A DNA stretch of 64,000 nt. Source: Phoronis australis. Lineage: Eukaryota; Animalia; Phoronida. Both the position numbers and the translations under genes were made by a program. The DNA is taken from NCBI GenBank assembly GCA_002633005.1, contig NMRA01000161.1, positions 600,959 to 664,958 of the forward strand, in the 5' to 3' direction. Shown piece after piece: positions 51,501 through 62,790 of this stretch (position 1 is the first letter of the stretch; every line of letters begins with the position of its first letter). The notes beneath the pieces were generated by a model that was not told the origin of the DNA, did not search any database, and saw only the letters and a program-made list of their open reading frames with translations.

Positions 51501-54247
51501 TGCTCTTGACCATCTAGTTCCATGTCAACAGCCTGCCTTAAGGTCATGTTAGATAATTTTGGATCATCATATCTCAAAAACGGCTCATCATATTCATGCT
51601 ACGCTTTACTCACTGTTCTCTATCACACTGTTACGAATTGCTTTTGAAATGTTCCACTTTTGCAGGAGATGCATCAAAAAAAGGAATTTTGAGAATTCTT
51701 AAAAAAATGAATTAAAATGAACGGATAATTTAGACTTGGTAATAGCATGTTTGAGATTTCCTCTTAGAAAAATTATCTATCGAAATATAGTAACGTTATT
51801 GATGCTGTTACTTTACTATGAATGGAATGCTTTCTAAATTATATAATACTCATTTATGCAACTCTCTTGGAGATCAGGGCAAAAGCATAATATTTGAAAC
51901 TTTCATTCGAATCTGAGCAACCATGTCTAAGAAACCACGTTTTGAAGATAGCCAAAATTTGGTCATTTTCCTAGGGTCCTACATTACCCTTAAAGGGCCA
52001 AAACTCAGCATAAGATTCACAACAGAAGCCCTCCAGCCAGCTTACCTGCTTCCTCAGATTGGTCAGTTTCTTGTCCAATATGTCTTTCTCCTGTTTGGCA
52101 GCGTCACATTCTGATGACAACTGAGCTATGCGCTTGTCAGCCACCTTCAGTAGGTCAGCGACAAATGGGTCAGTAGCCTGGCGCTGAATATTATCCGCTG
52201 ACAGGCTGGACTGCGGGTCAAGAGTGTTGTCGATGGTCATCCGCTGACGTCGAAAGGGCAGCGTTTTCTTTCTGCCACCTGTTGAGAAATTTAATATACT
52301 GATTATTACCAATAACATCCAGTGCGCTCTTTTAAAATTTCTAGGTTTGAAATTAGTCCAATTGAATTTCTGAGGTTCATGAATAAGTGACATTATTCAG
52401 AATACAGTTGAGAAATCACTGCACTACCACAGAATGATGCACAATGTTACACCAAATGTATTGAGAAATCCCTGCACTACCACAGAATGATGCACAATGT
52501 TACACCGAATGTATTGAGAAATCACTGCACTACCACGGAATGATGCACAATATTACACTGAATGTATTGAGAAAAATGGGATGAATCTGGCAAATATTTT
52601 TGTCAAACAAAAACACTAGAAGACAACTAAGCAGCAAAATGATAATTCTCATTACTTTAGTTTTATTTCTCACAACTCTTCAAAACTGTGTCCAAAGTGA
52701 TGCACTCAGAGGTCAATATGCGCCTTTTGAGCCCGGTTACATCAACAGATGCAAAAATTAAACCGAGGTCAAATGCTGAATGTGATATGTAAATAACACT
52801 GCAGTCTCTCAGCTACGCCTAGGACACTTACGCATTTTGAGACAATTTCGAGACAGTAAAATTTCATTTGTCTGCTATAATGTATCCTGAATTGGCAAGA
52901 CATTACCATATAGTGTAAACATGGTACATGGCAGTGTTCTCTGTGTAAACAGTCTGAATTTTGTCCTGACGAGATTGACTTTCTTGCGATGAGCTAGAAC
53001 TTTTCGGAAATTAGTCAGTGCTTGAGCGAATTAGAACATTTTGGACTTTTGGCATCAGATCCCTATTACCGATTCCACGACTTTACTAGCATGAACATGG
53101 ATTGTTGAACATGTTCATGGAACTTTTAATTCCTTTTTGTTTGAATTTTCCAAAATTGTGGAGAACACTGCACACAGATGTCTTGCAGTCAGCCAACGGC
53201 ACTAATGATCTAAGCCGGTACGCACCTGGTGTCTGCACAACTGCCTGGAAATTCTTCTCTTGCAGCTGCAGAATACGGTCAGCCTTTGACTTGGCCTCTC
53301 TCTCAGCAACGCGCACCTTGTGCACGTACTGATTGTTGAGGAAGCGCAGGTCGTTGTTTTCATGCTCCAACTTTCTAACAGTCGCCTTCAGATCTGGGAA
53401 AGAGAAAGTATACATACAGGTTGTACAAACAAGGCTTCTGGTTTTGATCGGAGATTTTGCTTCGAAAACAATGCGCCGACTCTCTACTTATTTGGCACAA
53501 AAATAATAGCTAAAATTGTTGTTTTCCATTTTTCAAAGGCCGATTGCTTTGCTAGAAATAATAGAAAAACGTTACCAAATATTATTTTACGATATCTAAC
53601 ATAGTACAAACCATGCCAGTAATAAACTAAATTTTGCTTTTTTTAATTTTCTGGAGAAATTTGACAAAATTTCACTTGTCAACCATATTGTGTGCTAAAT
53701 AAGTGAAAAATTACCGTACAAGTATTTTTATAAGCGTGACAAATTCAGGTGAAATCAACTCGGGTAATTTCGCAAAAACAATGACATATTACTTAAAAAT
53801 CAAGTTTTTGTAAAAAAAAAACAGCTGAAATCATTTTAGTTATCTGATTTTTTTTAGCCAATTTATTCATTTAAAATAGTAAGATCAAACTCTGATATCC
53901 AGCCATGCATCGTCACAAAGCAGAGCTCGTGTACCTGAAATCTGTTCATTGGTAGAGTCCTGCACCTGGATAAGCTTCCTGTGTAGTTCAGCGTTCTCTC
54001 TGGCAAGTCTAGCATTGTCATTCTTGTAAGGGTCCAACAGAGGTCCTGAGCTGCGAGATTCTTTAACATCCTTTTGGAATTGTAGCTTTGATCGTCGGAG
54101 ACTTTCTGTAGTGTGAATAAGGTCCCCGAACAGCTTTTCCACAAGAGGTAAACTTTCTATGGTGAGGGGTTGTCTGTAGCCTAACTGATCAAGTCGCCGG
54201 CGGAGACTTGCAAATTTCTCTTGTGCGGCCCCTGTCAAAGCGGCCAT
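18562..54247 (-). CDS. CEP135: Centrosomal protein 135 / Bld10 (CEP135/TSGA10 family), 24 coding exons, 1242 aa
   Basis: Minus-strand exons: 54247-53935, 53393-53226, 52278-52046, 40836-40708, 39379-39164, 37810-37745, 36920-36770, 35500-35226, 34815-34678, 33818-33726, 32426-32364, 31093-30920, 30521-30444, 29779-29628, 29365-29095, 28554-28499, 27649-27481, 26455-26345, 25941-25756, 25117-24908, 23481-23279, 22078-21974, 21652-21554, 18631-18562. All are GT-AG and phase-consistent; total 3729 nt. Family motifs: LRRRLDQLGYRQPLTIESLPLVEKLFGDLIHTTESLR, AVVQTPGGRKK.LPFRRQRM, LESRNKSNEQLISHLNIQVDYLQQ, ENRRLQDDL, ERFERERTIQELRRHGL. The last exon is the least certain. Confidence 0.95.
19900..20160. 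repeat. Diverged ~86-bp tandem repeat, 3 copies
   Basis: TTAGGA.GT.ATTCT.G.T.T.TGTC...TTGA.T...AGTGGGAG recurs at ~19905, ~19991 and ~20078. Confidence 0.8.
21208..21240 (-). CDS. Candidate 33-nt frame-preserving cassette exon near the CEP135 C-terminus (VSILISPKQPG)
   Basis: ttctaacacag|...|gtgagt. Phase 2-2 matches the host intron and there is no stop. Confidence 0.35.
22935..23278. repeat. Decayed ~80-bp tandem array derived from the 3' end of CEP135 exon 21
   Basis: About 4 diverged copies of TACATTTTACTCTCATTCAGCGTCAGCCTGTCTCTCAGCAGCTGTATCTCCGCCCCTTTCTC in the adjacent intron. Confidence 0.7.
23945..24153. mobile_element. Right-end fragment of the 46.5-47.8 kb element family
   Basis: CAGAAATATTTTTTGTGTTGTAAAATTTAACTGAAAT...GGAAATCCTCTTAA...CAAGCCC is shared with 47597-47763. 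Confidence 0.75.
26778..27251 (+). mobile_element. hAT-like MITE, copy 1
   Basis: TIR CAGGGCTTGGAAT...ATTCCATGCCTTG. Highly similar to 27791-28263 and 35633-36145. Confidence 0.85.
27791..28263 (+). mobile_element. hAT-like MITE, copy 2
   Basis: CAGGCTTGGAAT...ATTCCAAGCCTTG with the same internal sequence. Confidence 0.85.
31972..31980 (-). CDS. Candidate 9-nt microexon (LLQ) in CEP135 intron 11
   Basis: Minus strand reads tcttctttttctcgattgtgcttgttttgtcttccag|CTGTTGCAG|gtgcga. Phase 0-0 matches the host intron. Confidence 0.5.
35633..36145 (+). mobile_element. hAT-like MITE, copy 3
   Basis: Perfect 13-bp TIR CAGGGCTTGGAAT/ATTCCAAGCCCTG. Flanks CTTAAAG / CTAAAG may be a decayed target-site duplication. 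Confidence 0.85.
37400..37596 (-). mobile_element. Decayed tRNA-derived SINE
   Basis: The minus strand begins GGAGGCAGTGTGACCTAGTGGG (A-box-like) and continues to GTTAAAATCCC (B-box-like) at tRNA spacing. No cloverleaf. The 3' extent is approximate. Confidence 0.5.
38188..38268. repeat. ~40-bp tandem duplication
   Basis: CATTGATTTTCTCAAATGT(A)nTCCATCA occurs twice. Confidence 0.9.
38425..38438. promoter_or_regulatory. Consensus RFX X-box in CEP135 intron 5
   Basis: GTCACCATGGTAAC fully matches GTNRCCATGGYAAC. Confidence 0.45.
40265..40517. mobile_element. Small PIF/Harbinger-like MITE
   Basis: Termini ACCCTGTTCACAC... / ...GTGTGAATGGT, with internal GGTTA/TAACC motifs. Confidence 0.45.
44490..45029. 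mobile_element. MITE with ~60-bp TIRs and internal ~22-bp repeats
   Basis: AGGGTTCTAAAGCGAATACCTTTCTTCGCGTTGAAATGTGCTTAA pairs with TTAAGCACATTTCAACGCGAAAAAAGGTATTCGTTTAAGAACCCT. Repeated TTGATTAAGCAAAACTA inside. Confidence 0.8.
45726..45791 (-). CDS. Candidate alternative first (or cassette) exon of CEP135: MSLRSSRSPRRRHLSPTKSRLK
   Basis: ATG at 45791, 22 codons, phase-0 donor AAG|gtctgc. RS/SP-rich, like the linker segments of exons 8 and 9. An in-frame ccaacag acceptor 12 nt upstream would allow a 78-nt cassette instead. Confidence 0.5.
46478..47763. mobile_element. Longer non-autonomous hAT-like element with the same TIR class
   Basis: CAGGGCTTG...CAAGCCCTG termini. The right end 47565-47763 matches 23945-24153. 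Contains a ~36-bp tandem duplication at ~47398-47470. Confidence 0.6.
50968..50998 (-). CDS. Candidate alternative first exon of CEP135: MATTVSHIKA + phase-1 donor
   Basis: aacATGG Kozak context, donor CAG|gtatgg, and an X-box-like GTTGTCACGGCACGAC at 51003-51018 just upstream. Confidence 0.35.
52408..52574. repeat. 53-bp tandem repeat, about 3 copies
   Basis: TTGAGAAATCACTGCACTACCACAGAATGATGCACAATGTTACACCAAATGTA at 52408, 52461 and 52514. Confidence 0.95.
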
Positions 54248-55804
54248 GTTGTGCCTTAAGGATGCGTCACATTACTAGTAAGACTTTTACAACTGCGTTC
54301 CACTGAAAGTGAACAACAATATTTATTTATAGAGGATTTCACATAATTTATGCCTTATGTATTCCTAGAACGTAGTCTATGTACACACAGTTGAACGACT
54401 TCCACTGGCAAAGAGATACGATTGGTGGATAAGTCAATCAAATGCAGCTAATGAGTTGAGACAACGTGTTGTAATGAACAGATATACAGTGCTTGTCCCT
54501 TGTCCCCATCAGACTAGCACTATGTGGATGATTAGGGGCATTTGGAAAAACTTAAACGTTACGTGTTTGATGACACAATATGCCTATCTACCTATTAATC
54601 AATCAATCAATCAAATAGCTTCTAGAGTTCTCCGTAGGTTACTTTCTCTGGGCGCTATGCTCCCCTAAGACATATGAGCACCAACCCACAGATACTGATT
54701 GCGAGTTTATAATGGACTTGTGACAGAACGCTTTCAAGTAGTTCTCATATCCAAGGCAACAATCTAACCCTTAGAATAAAAGCATTTAAACAGTCATGGT
54801 AATGTCACTCGTAGGTCACTGTGCTTGACTTTCTTGAATAAAGAAAGAATTTATAAGTAATAAATACAAAACATCAAGTCATCCGCTTTAAAGTGGAACT
54901 TGCAAGCCAGTTTCTTATCTCTGAGATTGCTTGGCCAAATTAGTTAGAAACACAACATATAATGACGATGTGAATATGGAGTAGGTTGGAAATGATCTGC
55001 CACAAATCATTGAATCGTGTCTAGTATCGTGACATGGTTCTGGGGAATAACATTGCATGTTCTGGGCTACATGAGCCCGAGAGGTAAGTCATTAGTGCAA
55101 AGGTCACATATTTGCAGATATTTTTGTTTTTACATTTACAAGTTGTCAGTGAATACAACTGTACTTTGTTTACCGTAATGTTAAAATAACATTGTCATAT
55201 AGTTCATGCTATACATTAGAATAGTTAGAAGCATGCAAATACATCTTTAACAGCGCAACTTTATTCAATGGAAGAAAAGCAGAGATATTTATAAGATTGT
55301 TAATGCTAATATTCTTTGATAGATATCCGCAGCTTTTTCGCAAGACTTGCACGTAGCCAATGCGAACTCAACTTTCGTTTGATGACCTGGTAAGAATTCC
55401 AATTCCCAAGTCACCCCAAAGACATTCCAACATCTGCTCAACAAAGAAGCAAACAGGTGTTCAAATTGTTCTGCTAAAGGCGGAAGTGCCCATCCACGAC
55501 ACAAATAACGTGCACTGACCATCTGTTATTTGCTTGTTAGTTATGGGCACGCAATATACTTAAAATTTCCCATTTGACTAAAAGGGGCATTCCAAGCAAC
55601 CTCAATACATTTTCCCTTTTTGCCTGTTCCTCAATAATTCAAATAACTCATTTCTTCATTTTCCACTGTCAATGACTATCCATCGTTCGCAGGGGTCAGG
55701 ATGCAATTTAGGATTTCCTTGTTTTGGCAACCTCATTTCCCATTTGACGACCTGGGACTTTCGCCAAGTCGCATTTGGCAAGTGGATGTTATGTTCAATG
55801 CCGA

Positions 55805-56385
55805 GCCCTGTATAGCAATGTGACTTTGATAGTTTAGCCAGGGTTAAGCACAATTTTAAGAAGATTTTTCCGGCATTCAAGATGTACCAGAATCATGGTG
55901 AATTCAGAGCACAAGGAGAACTTTGGTGATGGCAAATTCCAAGACATAGGGAAGTATTTCCGAGGGCAAATTCCAGGACGCTACTAGTAGGGTGTTGCCG
56001 AGATCTACAGCTAAGAGGCGCGCCTGTTCTGCAGAAGAGGGAGGAATGTTGTAACACGTGGCTTCCAGTTGTGACGTACATTCAAATAAGGCCTCTCTAA
56101 GTCGCTTGCCAATTGCTTCTTGGCTGAACAGTTTAGACACTAAGTTCTCACACGAAGAAAAAGTATTGATAATGGGAGTATTTGTTCGAGTTGGAAGGAA
56201 TTAAACACATCGACAACCTTCTAAGGTGTTCCTCTATGCGCAAAAGGTATTTATAACAATGTGACTTTGATGTTTTAGTTGGTGCGAGGCATAATTCGCC
56301 GAAAAACTTCCGGCGTATGGAGCGCCTATAGGAGCTGCATCGCCTCTGGTCGGGCCAACAGAGGCGATGGTCATTGCCTAACACT
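55805..56385. mobile_element. Second copy of the 5.8-6.4 kb element family
   Basis: 56150-56385 aligns by eye with 6170-6400 (TTTGTTC..GGAAGGAATTAAA.ACATC..CTAAGGTGT.CCTCTATG.GCAAAAGGTA.TTATAACAA.GTGACTT). An internal partial repeat lies at ~55810-55880. Confidence 0.7.
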
Positions 56386-56499
56386 GTCGAGGACTAGTTA
56401 GCAAATAACAACAGCGAGCCCGAAGACGACAGAAGGTTGGCAGCAGGGGTTAAGTCTACGTAGACTTCAATGTCTTATAAATCTGTGAATAGGTAAATT

Positions 56500-56955
56500 T
56501 TCCACTTGTTTACAAACTATCTGAGCTCAGTAAAAACAGAAACAATTGTAAACAGACTAACAATACGGGTTTGCTCCCATTCATTCAATGTCAGTGATAT
56601 TTTTAACTTAACAGAAAAGTCTCTATCTTTCATTAGCAACCTTACTAATTGTTTAACTTGATTTGTTTTCAAAAGACGTACAAATCAAAAGAAAACAAAC
56701 CTTGAAGGACCTGTAAGTGGCAAAACAAATTAATTTACGGGATGTAATTTTTCATGTTTTCAAAAAATGGCGGCCGGAAATAACTTTCACAACTTCCGTC
56801 GAAAAAATAATTTTCATTTTCTACTTTGCTATTGCAACAAAGTGTTTCTAATCCCTCAAGGATTGAGTTAATAATAGTTAAAATCAAATATTTTAGCTTA
56901 TCTCGTGAACGTTTCTACACGAAATAAACTTTCCGTGGGAACGTGACGTCGGAGC
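56500..56955. promoter_or_regulatory. Probable (bidirectional) promoter of CEP135 and the right-hand gene
   Basis: Cluster of motifs: YY1-like AAAATGGCGGCC overlapping ETS CCGGAA (56764-56780), X-box-like TTTGCTATTGCAAC (56825-56838), CRE-like TGACGTC (~56944), forkhead TGTTTAC/GTAAACA (~56508, ~56547). The CEP135 ATG exon has an acceptor at 54303-54304, which implies an upstream non-coding exon. Confidence 0.5.
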
Positions 56956-58277
56956 ACTGAGACGAGTGAGATTTTTATGGAAGTATCTCTCCAAACAAAC
57001 TATCCTGAAACCTGGATTCTTTAGAAATAACTTGTTCTTTCCAAAGACTTGAGCTGTTGGTATGTGGAATTCAACCTATTATGTTTAATGTCTATTTGTT
57101 TTAAACCCCAGGAAATGAATAGACCAGTTGTTTTATGGCTTTTCTGCCTAACCCTTATTGTGAGCTGGGAAATGGCGTTTTCTTTGTGATTTTTTTCCAT
57201 GCAAGATGTTCAACAGCAAATTATTCATGGAGACTTTGATGCGTATTCGATTGCAGATAATGTGTTTGATGTGATAAAAGTCATTTTTTTGCTTTCACTC
57301 TGACTGTAAGGCAAGTTATGAAAAACGTTTTGTTGTCTTAACCCTGGTAACTTGCTGCACCTCCATTCCAAAAACATGGCCGACTCTCATTCAGTCATTG
57401 TTGAATGTTGGTCAAGTTTGATCAGTTTTATAGCAATGCTTCTTAAGAGCTGAAAATTCGAACATAGCTGTTTTTGCAGCGTTTGTCTCTCACGCTTTTC
57501 AACCAGTGTTAATTAGAAACAGCTGAATTGAAAGAGACTTCTAAATGCCGTCATGGATCCGAATAATTTGTACTGTGGTATCCCAATAGTTACGGGTCAA
57601 ATCTTGTCCCTGATGTGGAGAGCTTAGCAGTCACTCAATGGAAAATCCATTGTTCATTTGATGAAGCATTTTCTCAACATCAAGGACTTCTGTTCTCTTT
57701 GTTTCAGGTGTCTCCCGGTGTATTGCGATTTTTCAGGGTACAGATAGAATCATTTACATTGGAGTTGATAAAAACCTCAATTCACTTTTAGACTAAGTCA
57801 ATATAGTAGGTGACCATGCATTCCTTATCTCTTTTTATGCCATACCACTAAATGTAAATAGAACAATTCTCTTCTCTGAGATCACATGTTGTCTAAAATC
57901 TCACCACTGTTTGACACACTCATCTATAGCTATTCTGGGATTGTCTGTTATGGGAATCATATTGAAACATCTTCCCTTTCAGGAACTTTTAATGTGTGAG
58001 TGGCGTGCTCTAAAAAGGAGATATAAGCTCCCAAGGAGTTGGCATGCCTTGGATTATGTGTAGCTATGTATTTTGCTGCGGCTGATGAGTTGGTGCCTCT
58101 GAATAGCTGTTTCTGCATTGCTAGAACTGTAGGAACAAAATGGCGATTAATCCATCACTGGCCTGAGTCAGCTGATTGTTGCTATTCACCCTATAAACTT
58201 TAATATTTGCTTCGATAAGTTGATTTGATTTCCTCTTTTCTGTTACCTGTTCATCATTTTGACGTTTCTTTCTTCAG

Positions 58278-58409
58278 GACTTTCTGACTGGCATGTGCCA
58301 GCTGAGGTGCGCTGTCTATGGCCGACCAACCTAAAGCCCTGTCTGGGGGGTCAAGGAGGTCACATCGAGATACTAAGGGGACCAGTAACCAGACGAAAAC
58401 TACTTCCAG
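58278..58409 (+). CDS. Probable first coding exon of an unidentified gene, divergent from CEP135 (ATG 58318; MADQPKALSGGSRRSHRDTKGTSNQTKTTS...)
   Basis: Strong acceptor tttctttcttcag|G at 58277/8 and donor AG|gtaagc at 58409/10. The segment is GC-richer than its flanks and open from ATG 58318 to the donor (phase 2). I found no downstream exon in the window and recognise no homology. Confidence 0.45.
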
Positions 58410-58877
58410 GTAAGCTGCTTGTAATGGGTGTAATGGGGCAGTACATCAACAGAAATTCTTCAATTTAGGACTGATTTCATTGCTAAAATGGCTGTTTTTC
58501 AACTTTTCAAAGGTTATTACTGCAGATGCTCAAATTGTTGTTGAGTCTTTCCAAATCGCTACCATTACTCAAAGTCTACTGTTGTTTCTAAATTCAGTTT
58601 TCTTTCAAACTTACAACTTCATACATCTGGAGCTAGATTCAAAGCAAGTGCCTCGATATCTCTGTGCAGAGTTGCCTGGTGAACTTAGGAGTAAAAGGAA
58701 AACGAGAACACAAGCTTAGTTATTGCTAAGTTTGAAATACGTCCAACAGCTTTCATAGGAAGTGGGTAGTAATTGGGAGAATTTTGAATCCTTATCTTGC
58801 TATGTTGGACTATAAATCACGTAAAACCGTTCCAATTCATATTTTGTTGCAATTCATGTAAACAAAGTGTAATTGGA

Positions 58878-59770
58878 CTTTTATGGTCCCATGTATACAT
58901 GTGGGGGCATTTTGCCATCTACTCTGTCTGGTGGCCGTTGCCATATTTCCGAAACTCCTTAAAGGATGTTCGTGAAATTTTGCAGACAGGTCGCCAAACG
59001 AAATCTGAGGTCACCAAAATTGAAAACGAAATCATCGGCGCCGATGACTGAGGTTCCCCAATTGGTGTAAATTTCCATGCCCTTCTCTAATTTTACCCGT
59101 ACACGTATGTACATTCAGTCTCTAACCCAGTTATTCCTCCCACCTACAACTGGCTGATGAGCATAGGACGCACATGACCGCATGCCCTGTTGCCGCCAAT
59201 TTCCTCGATCTTGCCCAATGTTTCCGACTTCTGTCCATTTACTTCCTGTTGTAATTTCAACGTGGTGGCAAATGTGCTCAGTTCACGAAATAAATGGAAC
59301 AATTGTGAATCAAAGGTAATACATCTAGGAACACTTAGCAATTTCAAGTGTGGAAGTCAACAAGAACGTTGACACGAATTTAGAGGGAAATATTGTCTGA
59401 CTTCGATACTTGCACTGGTGACCTCGTGGATACTTGGAATTTTTCCCAGGTTGCCACAAACAATCTGAGGTCACCAAATCGAGTGCTGTACTGAGATGAG
59501 CATGTCTGACTTTGATTTTCGGACAGGTCCCACAGCTGTGGTGGCCTTGGTGGTAATTTTCATCCCCTGTGCCACAATGTATGCCAATTTCCTTGATTGA
59601 TCTTCTTGAAATTTGCCATGTGTTCTAACTGTGAGTAGTACAGTTGATTTTGCGACAAGTCAAACTCTTGTGGTGTCTTCTAGTGGCAATGTATGTCTAC
59701 TTTTGCATATACAGAAGTTTCTATCAAGGAGACGACGGCACTTGCATTGCTTCAGACATATTTGAGTTGT
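58878..59770 (+). mobile_element. Older copy of the same HINE-like family
   Basis: Starts TTTTATGGTCCCA...TGGGGGCAT...CTCTGTCTGG and ends near TTGCATTGC...ACATATTT, as in 61505-62790. Confidence 0.5.
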
Positions 59771-61504
59771 GTTACATTCCCTAGTGGTGGTCATTATTGT
59801 TTTTCATCTGTTTTTTTTTTGTTGTTCACTTCCCTATCTATTGAACCGCTTGAAGAAACATGAAAGGTGGCTGTTATATTCCTATTGAAGAGAATATGGC
59901 ACCCACTAGTGACATTGCATTTGCCTCAGTATCTACCATGGTTGCGGGCGAAAACCAACAAGTAGTGTTAAAAATTCTGATGACCATTTTCATGGTGAAT
60001 GATACAAGTTCAGTATTACGGATATACTGTTACTTAACGGTTAGTAATAAATAAGGTCACTAATGCACAACTCGGCAATATGATCGACTCATTATTTTGG
60101 CTGTGAAGGTTGCCATGCCATTGAAACCTATTGCACTTGTCTCAAACAAGTCGCAGATTTTGAGCTCAAAAGGTTGGACGGTTACCTTAAAACCCCACAC
60201 AGCTCAGTTTGGAAGGTCAGATTCAAACTGAAATAAGGTAGGCGACTTTACGTGAGAGAATGCGATCCCAGAAATTTGCACTTTAATTTGATCCCGATAA
60301 CAGCTACGTGACGTTTCGACGGTGAATGTGTTTTTGTACGCATACTATTGATTGCGTGATGTGTGAAAATTTTTTCAGTTTTTGTGTAAGTGCTCCTCGG
60401 TGCATGTTCGCAAATTCACGATTTATGTTTCCTATTCTCGATTTTGTGGATGGTCTTATAGATAGCCTACGCGAATTACATGTATCTAAAAATAAACAGA
60501 ACACCAATTTCCAGAATGAACTTTGGCTAATTTGGAGGGGACACTTGCCCTGCTGACGTCACTTGTATATATGCCCCTTTCATGGCCTGTAGTCCAATCT
60601 GCTGTTCCACTTTGTAATCCAGCCATTACAGCTTGTATGCGGGGTGTTTGTCAATATGGCCAATGATACTTTTGGATACTTCTTATGTCAAGCACGCAGT
60701 TCAGTCTGACGGGCAAGTTAACTGGTTGACAATCCATTCTGGCTGTTTTATTTTCAACTTCGGTTCCAGTCTGTGATGGATATTTCGAATATTACGTTAA
60801 GTCTTTATGCTTGGTTGACTCAACACAGCATGTTTTGATGAGTCATGGTATACAACTTGACTAACAACATGTAAGTTTGTCTTATGCAATGTGAGCAATG
60901 TAGAGTTCATTTGCAAAGCAAAAATCTACTTAAAATTAAAATAGAACAAGGGGCATCTAATCAAAATGTGCTCTTGATGGTCATATCATTGTTAACTGGC
61001 AGAAGACTGGACAGTCTGTTATGCGTTTTTTTTTTTTACTGTACACGCAAACACTGGCTTGAGTGATGAAAACGGGGGTTGGCTATCTAGTCATGTTGAA
61101 CATGCTGATCAATTTTTTACAAAAAAAAAACGACTTGAGCTTCACAAACCAAAGCATACCATTGGTTTTGGTGGCTGTTGAGGATAAACTTCCGATGCTG
61201 TGATTGAAAATTCGAAAGAAAAATATCGAAGCCAGAATTTTCAACTATCTATCCGCCATTTTTTCAGTCCACTCAAGAAGATTACTAATGGTTATGGCTG
61301 TACAAAAGTATAATGTTAGAATTTTGTGAAAAACTTCGACATAAGGGTCGATGCCTTGCTTTGAGACCTTTTACAGGCCTACTGTCACAAGAAATGCTGT
61401 ATTTTTACCTCCACTGCTCAGCCAGCCTACCTCCCTTTTGGAAGTGTTTGTAATGTTTTTGTTAAATATGCAGTTATGAGGGCAGCTTCTACTGCTCTGT
61501 GCCA

Positions 61505-62790
61505 TTTTTATGCGCCCAGTTATTTATATGTGGGACATATTGTCATCATCTCTGTCTGGCTGGCGTTCGGGCGTCGGGCATCCGTAGCTGTGTCTCTTAA
61601 AACCCTTCCGGAATCTTTATTGAAATTTAGCAGGTGTGTTCCTTTGGGGTTGACGACAGCCGACGAGTTTCGGACCGACCCAAGTACAGCTGTGCCCCCT
61701 AGTGGCAATTTTAGTTTTTTACATTTGTCTCTGTATCTTCAAAGATCCTCAACCGATTTTCATGAAATTCGGCACATTGGCATCTATTAATGAGTTGACA
61801 CTATCCTCCCATTTTCGGATGGGTTCGAGGCATTTTGCACCATTAGTGGCCATTTTTACTATTTTTGAGTTTTTTTTTGGCGAATGCCCCTCTATCAACC
61901 AAACCACTCTAAGGATGATTGTGAAAATTGGCATGTATGCTCTTACTATGAAGAGGACAGTTGACGATGATTTTCCTACGACTTCGACTGCTGTGGCACC
62001 TCCTAGGTGCAATTTTGTTTGTTTTTGCACCCATGGCTATATCTCCTAAATGCTCTACTGGATCTTTATTAAATTTAGCAAATGTATTTATATGAAGCTG
62101 ACGACGACTTTCAGACAGATCGGACTACCAGTGTGCCCCCTTGTAGCAATTTTAGTTGTTTTACGTTTACCTCTATCTTCAAAAGCCCTCAACGGATATC
62201 CATAAAATTTGGCAGATGGGCATCTATTGGTGAGGTGACACAAGCCATTCATTTTTCAGATTGATTCAAGGTATTTTGCGCCATTTTTGTTATTTTGAGT
62301 CTGTTCTCTGGTGTGCGTCCCTCTGTCAACCAAACCACTCAAACAATGATTGTGAAAATTGGCATGTATGTTCTTACTATGAAGAGGGTGGTTGTTGATG
62401 ATTTTCCAACGACTTCGACTTACTGTGGTGCGTCTTAGTGGAAGTTTTTTTGTGTCCATGGCTGTATTTCCTAAGCCCTCTGCAGGATCTTTATTGAATT
62501 TAACAAGTGTAGTTATATGAATTTAAGAACGGAAGGCGACAACCTTCAGACGGATCCGACGAACGCTGTGCCCCCTAGTGGCAATTTCATTTTCTCTAAA
62601 GTTCCTTGACGGATTTTCAAGAAACTTGGTAAACAGCTTTCTGTTAAAAAATAGTGACATTTACCCATTTTTTGATGGATTTTGCACTACCTAGTTGCCA
62701 TATTTATGATACAAACAAACACCCCAATTAGCACACCATTTGCATTGCATTCGTGGGCACATTTCAACGCTCCGTTTTGTTCTTTTTTGT
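61505..62790 (+). mobile_element. Helentron-associated (HINE/DINE-1-like) element with an internal ~430-450-bp higher-order repeat
   Basis: T-run then ATGCGCCCA...TGGGACATAT subterminal palindrome, a short (GGCGTC)-type microsatellite, units starting at ~61611, ~62061 and ~62486, and a 3' GGGCACAT near a T-run. The family assignment is from architecture only. Confidence 0.65.
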
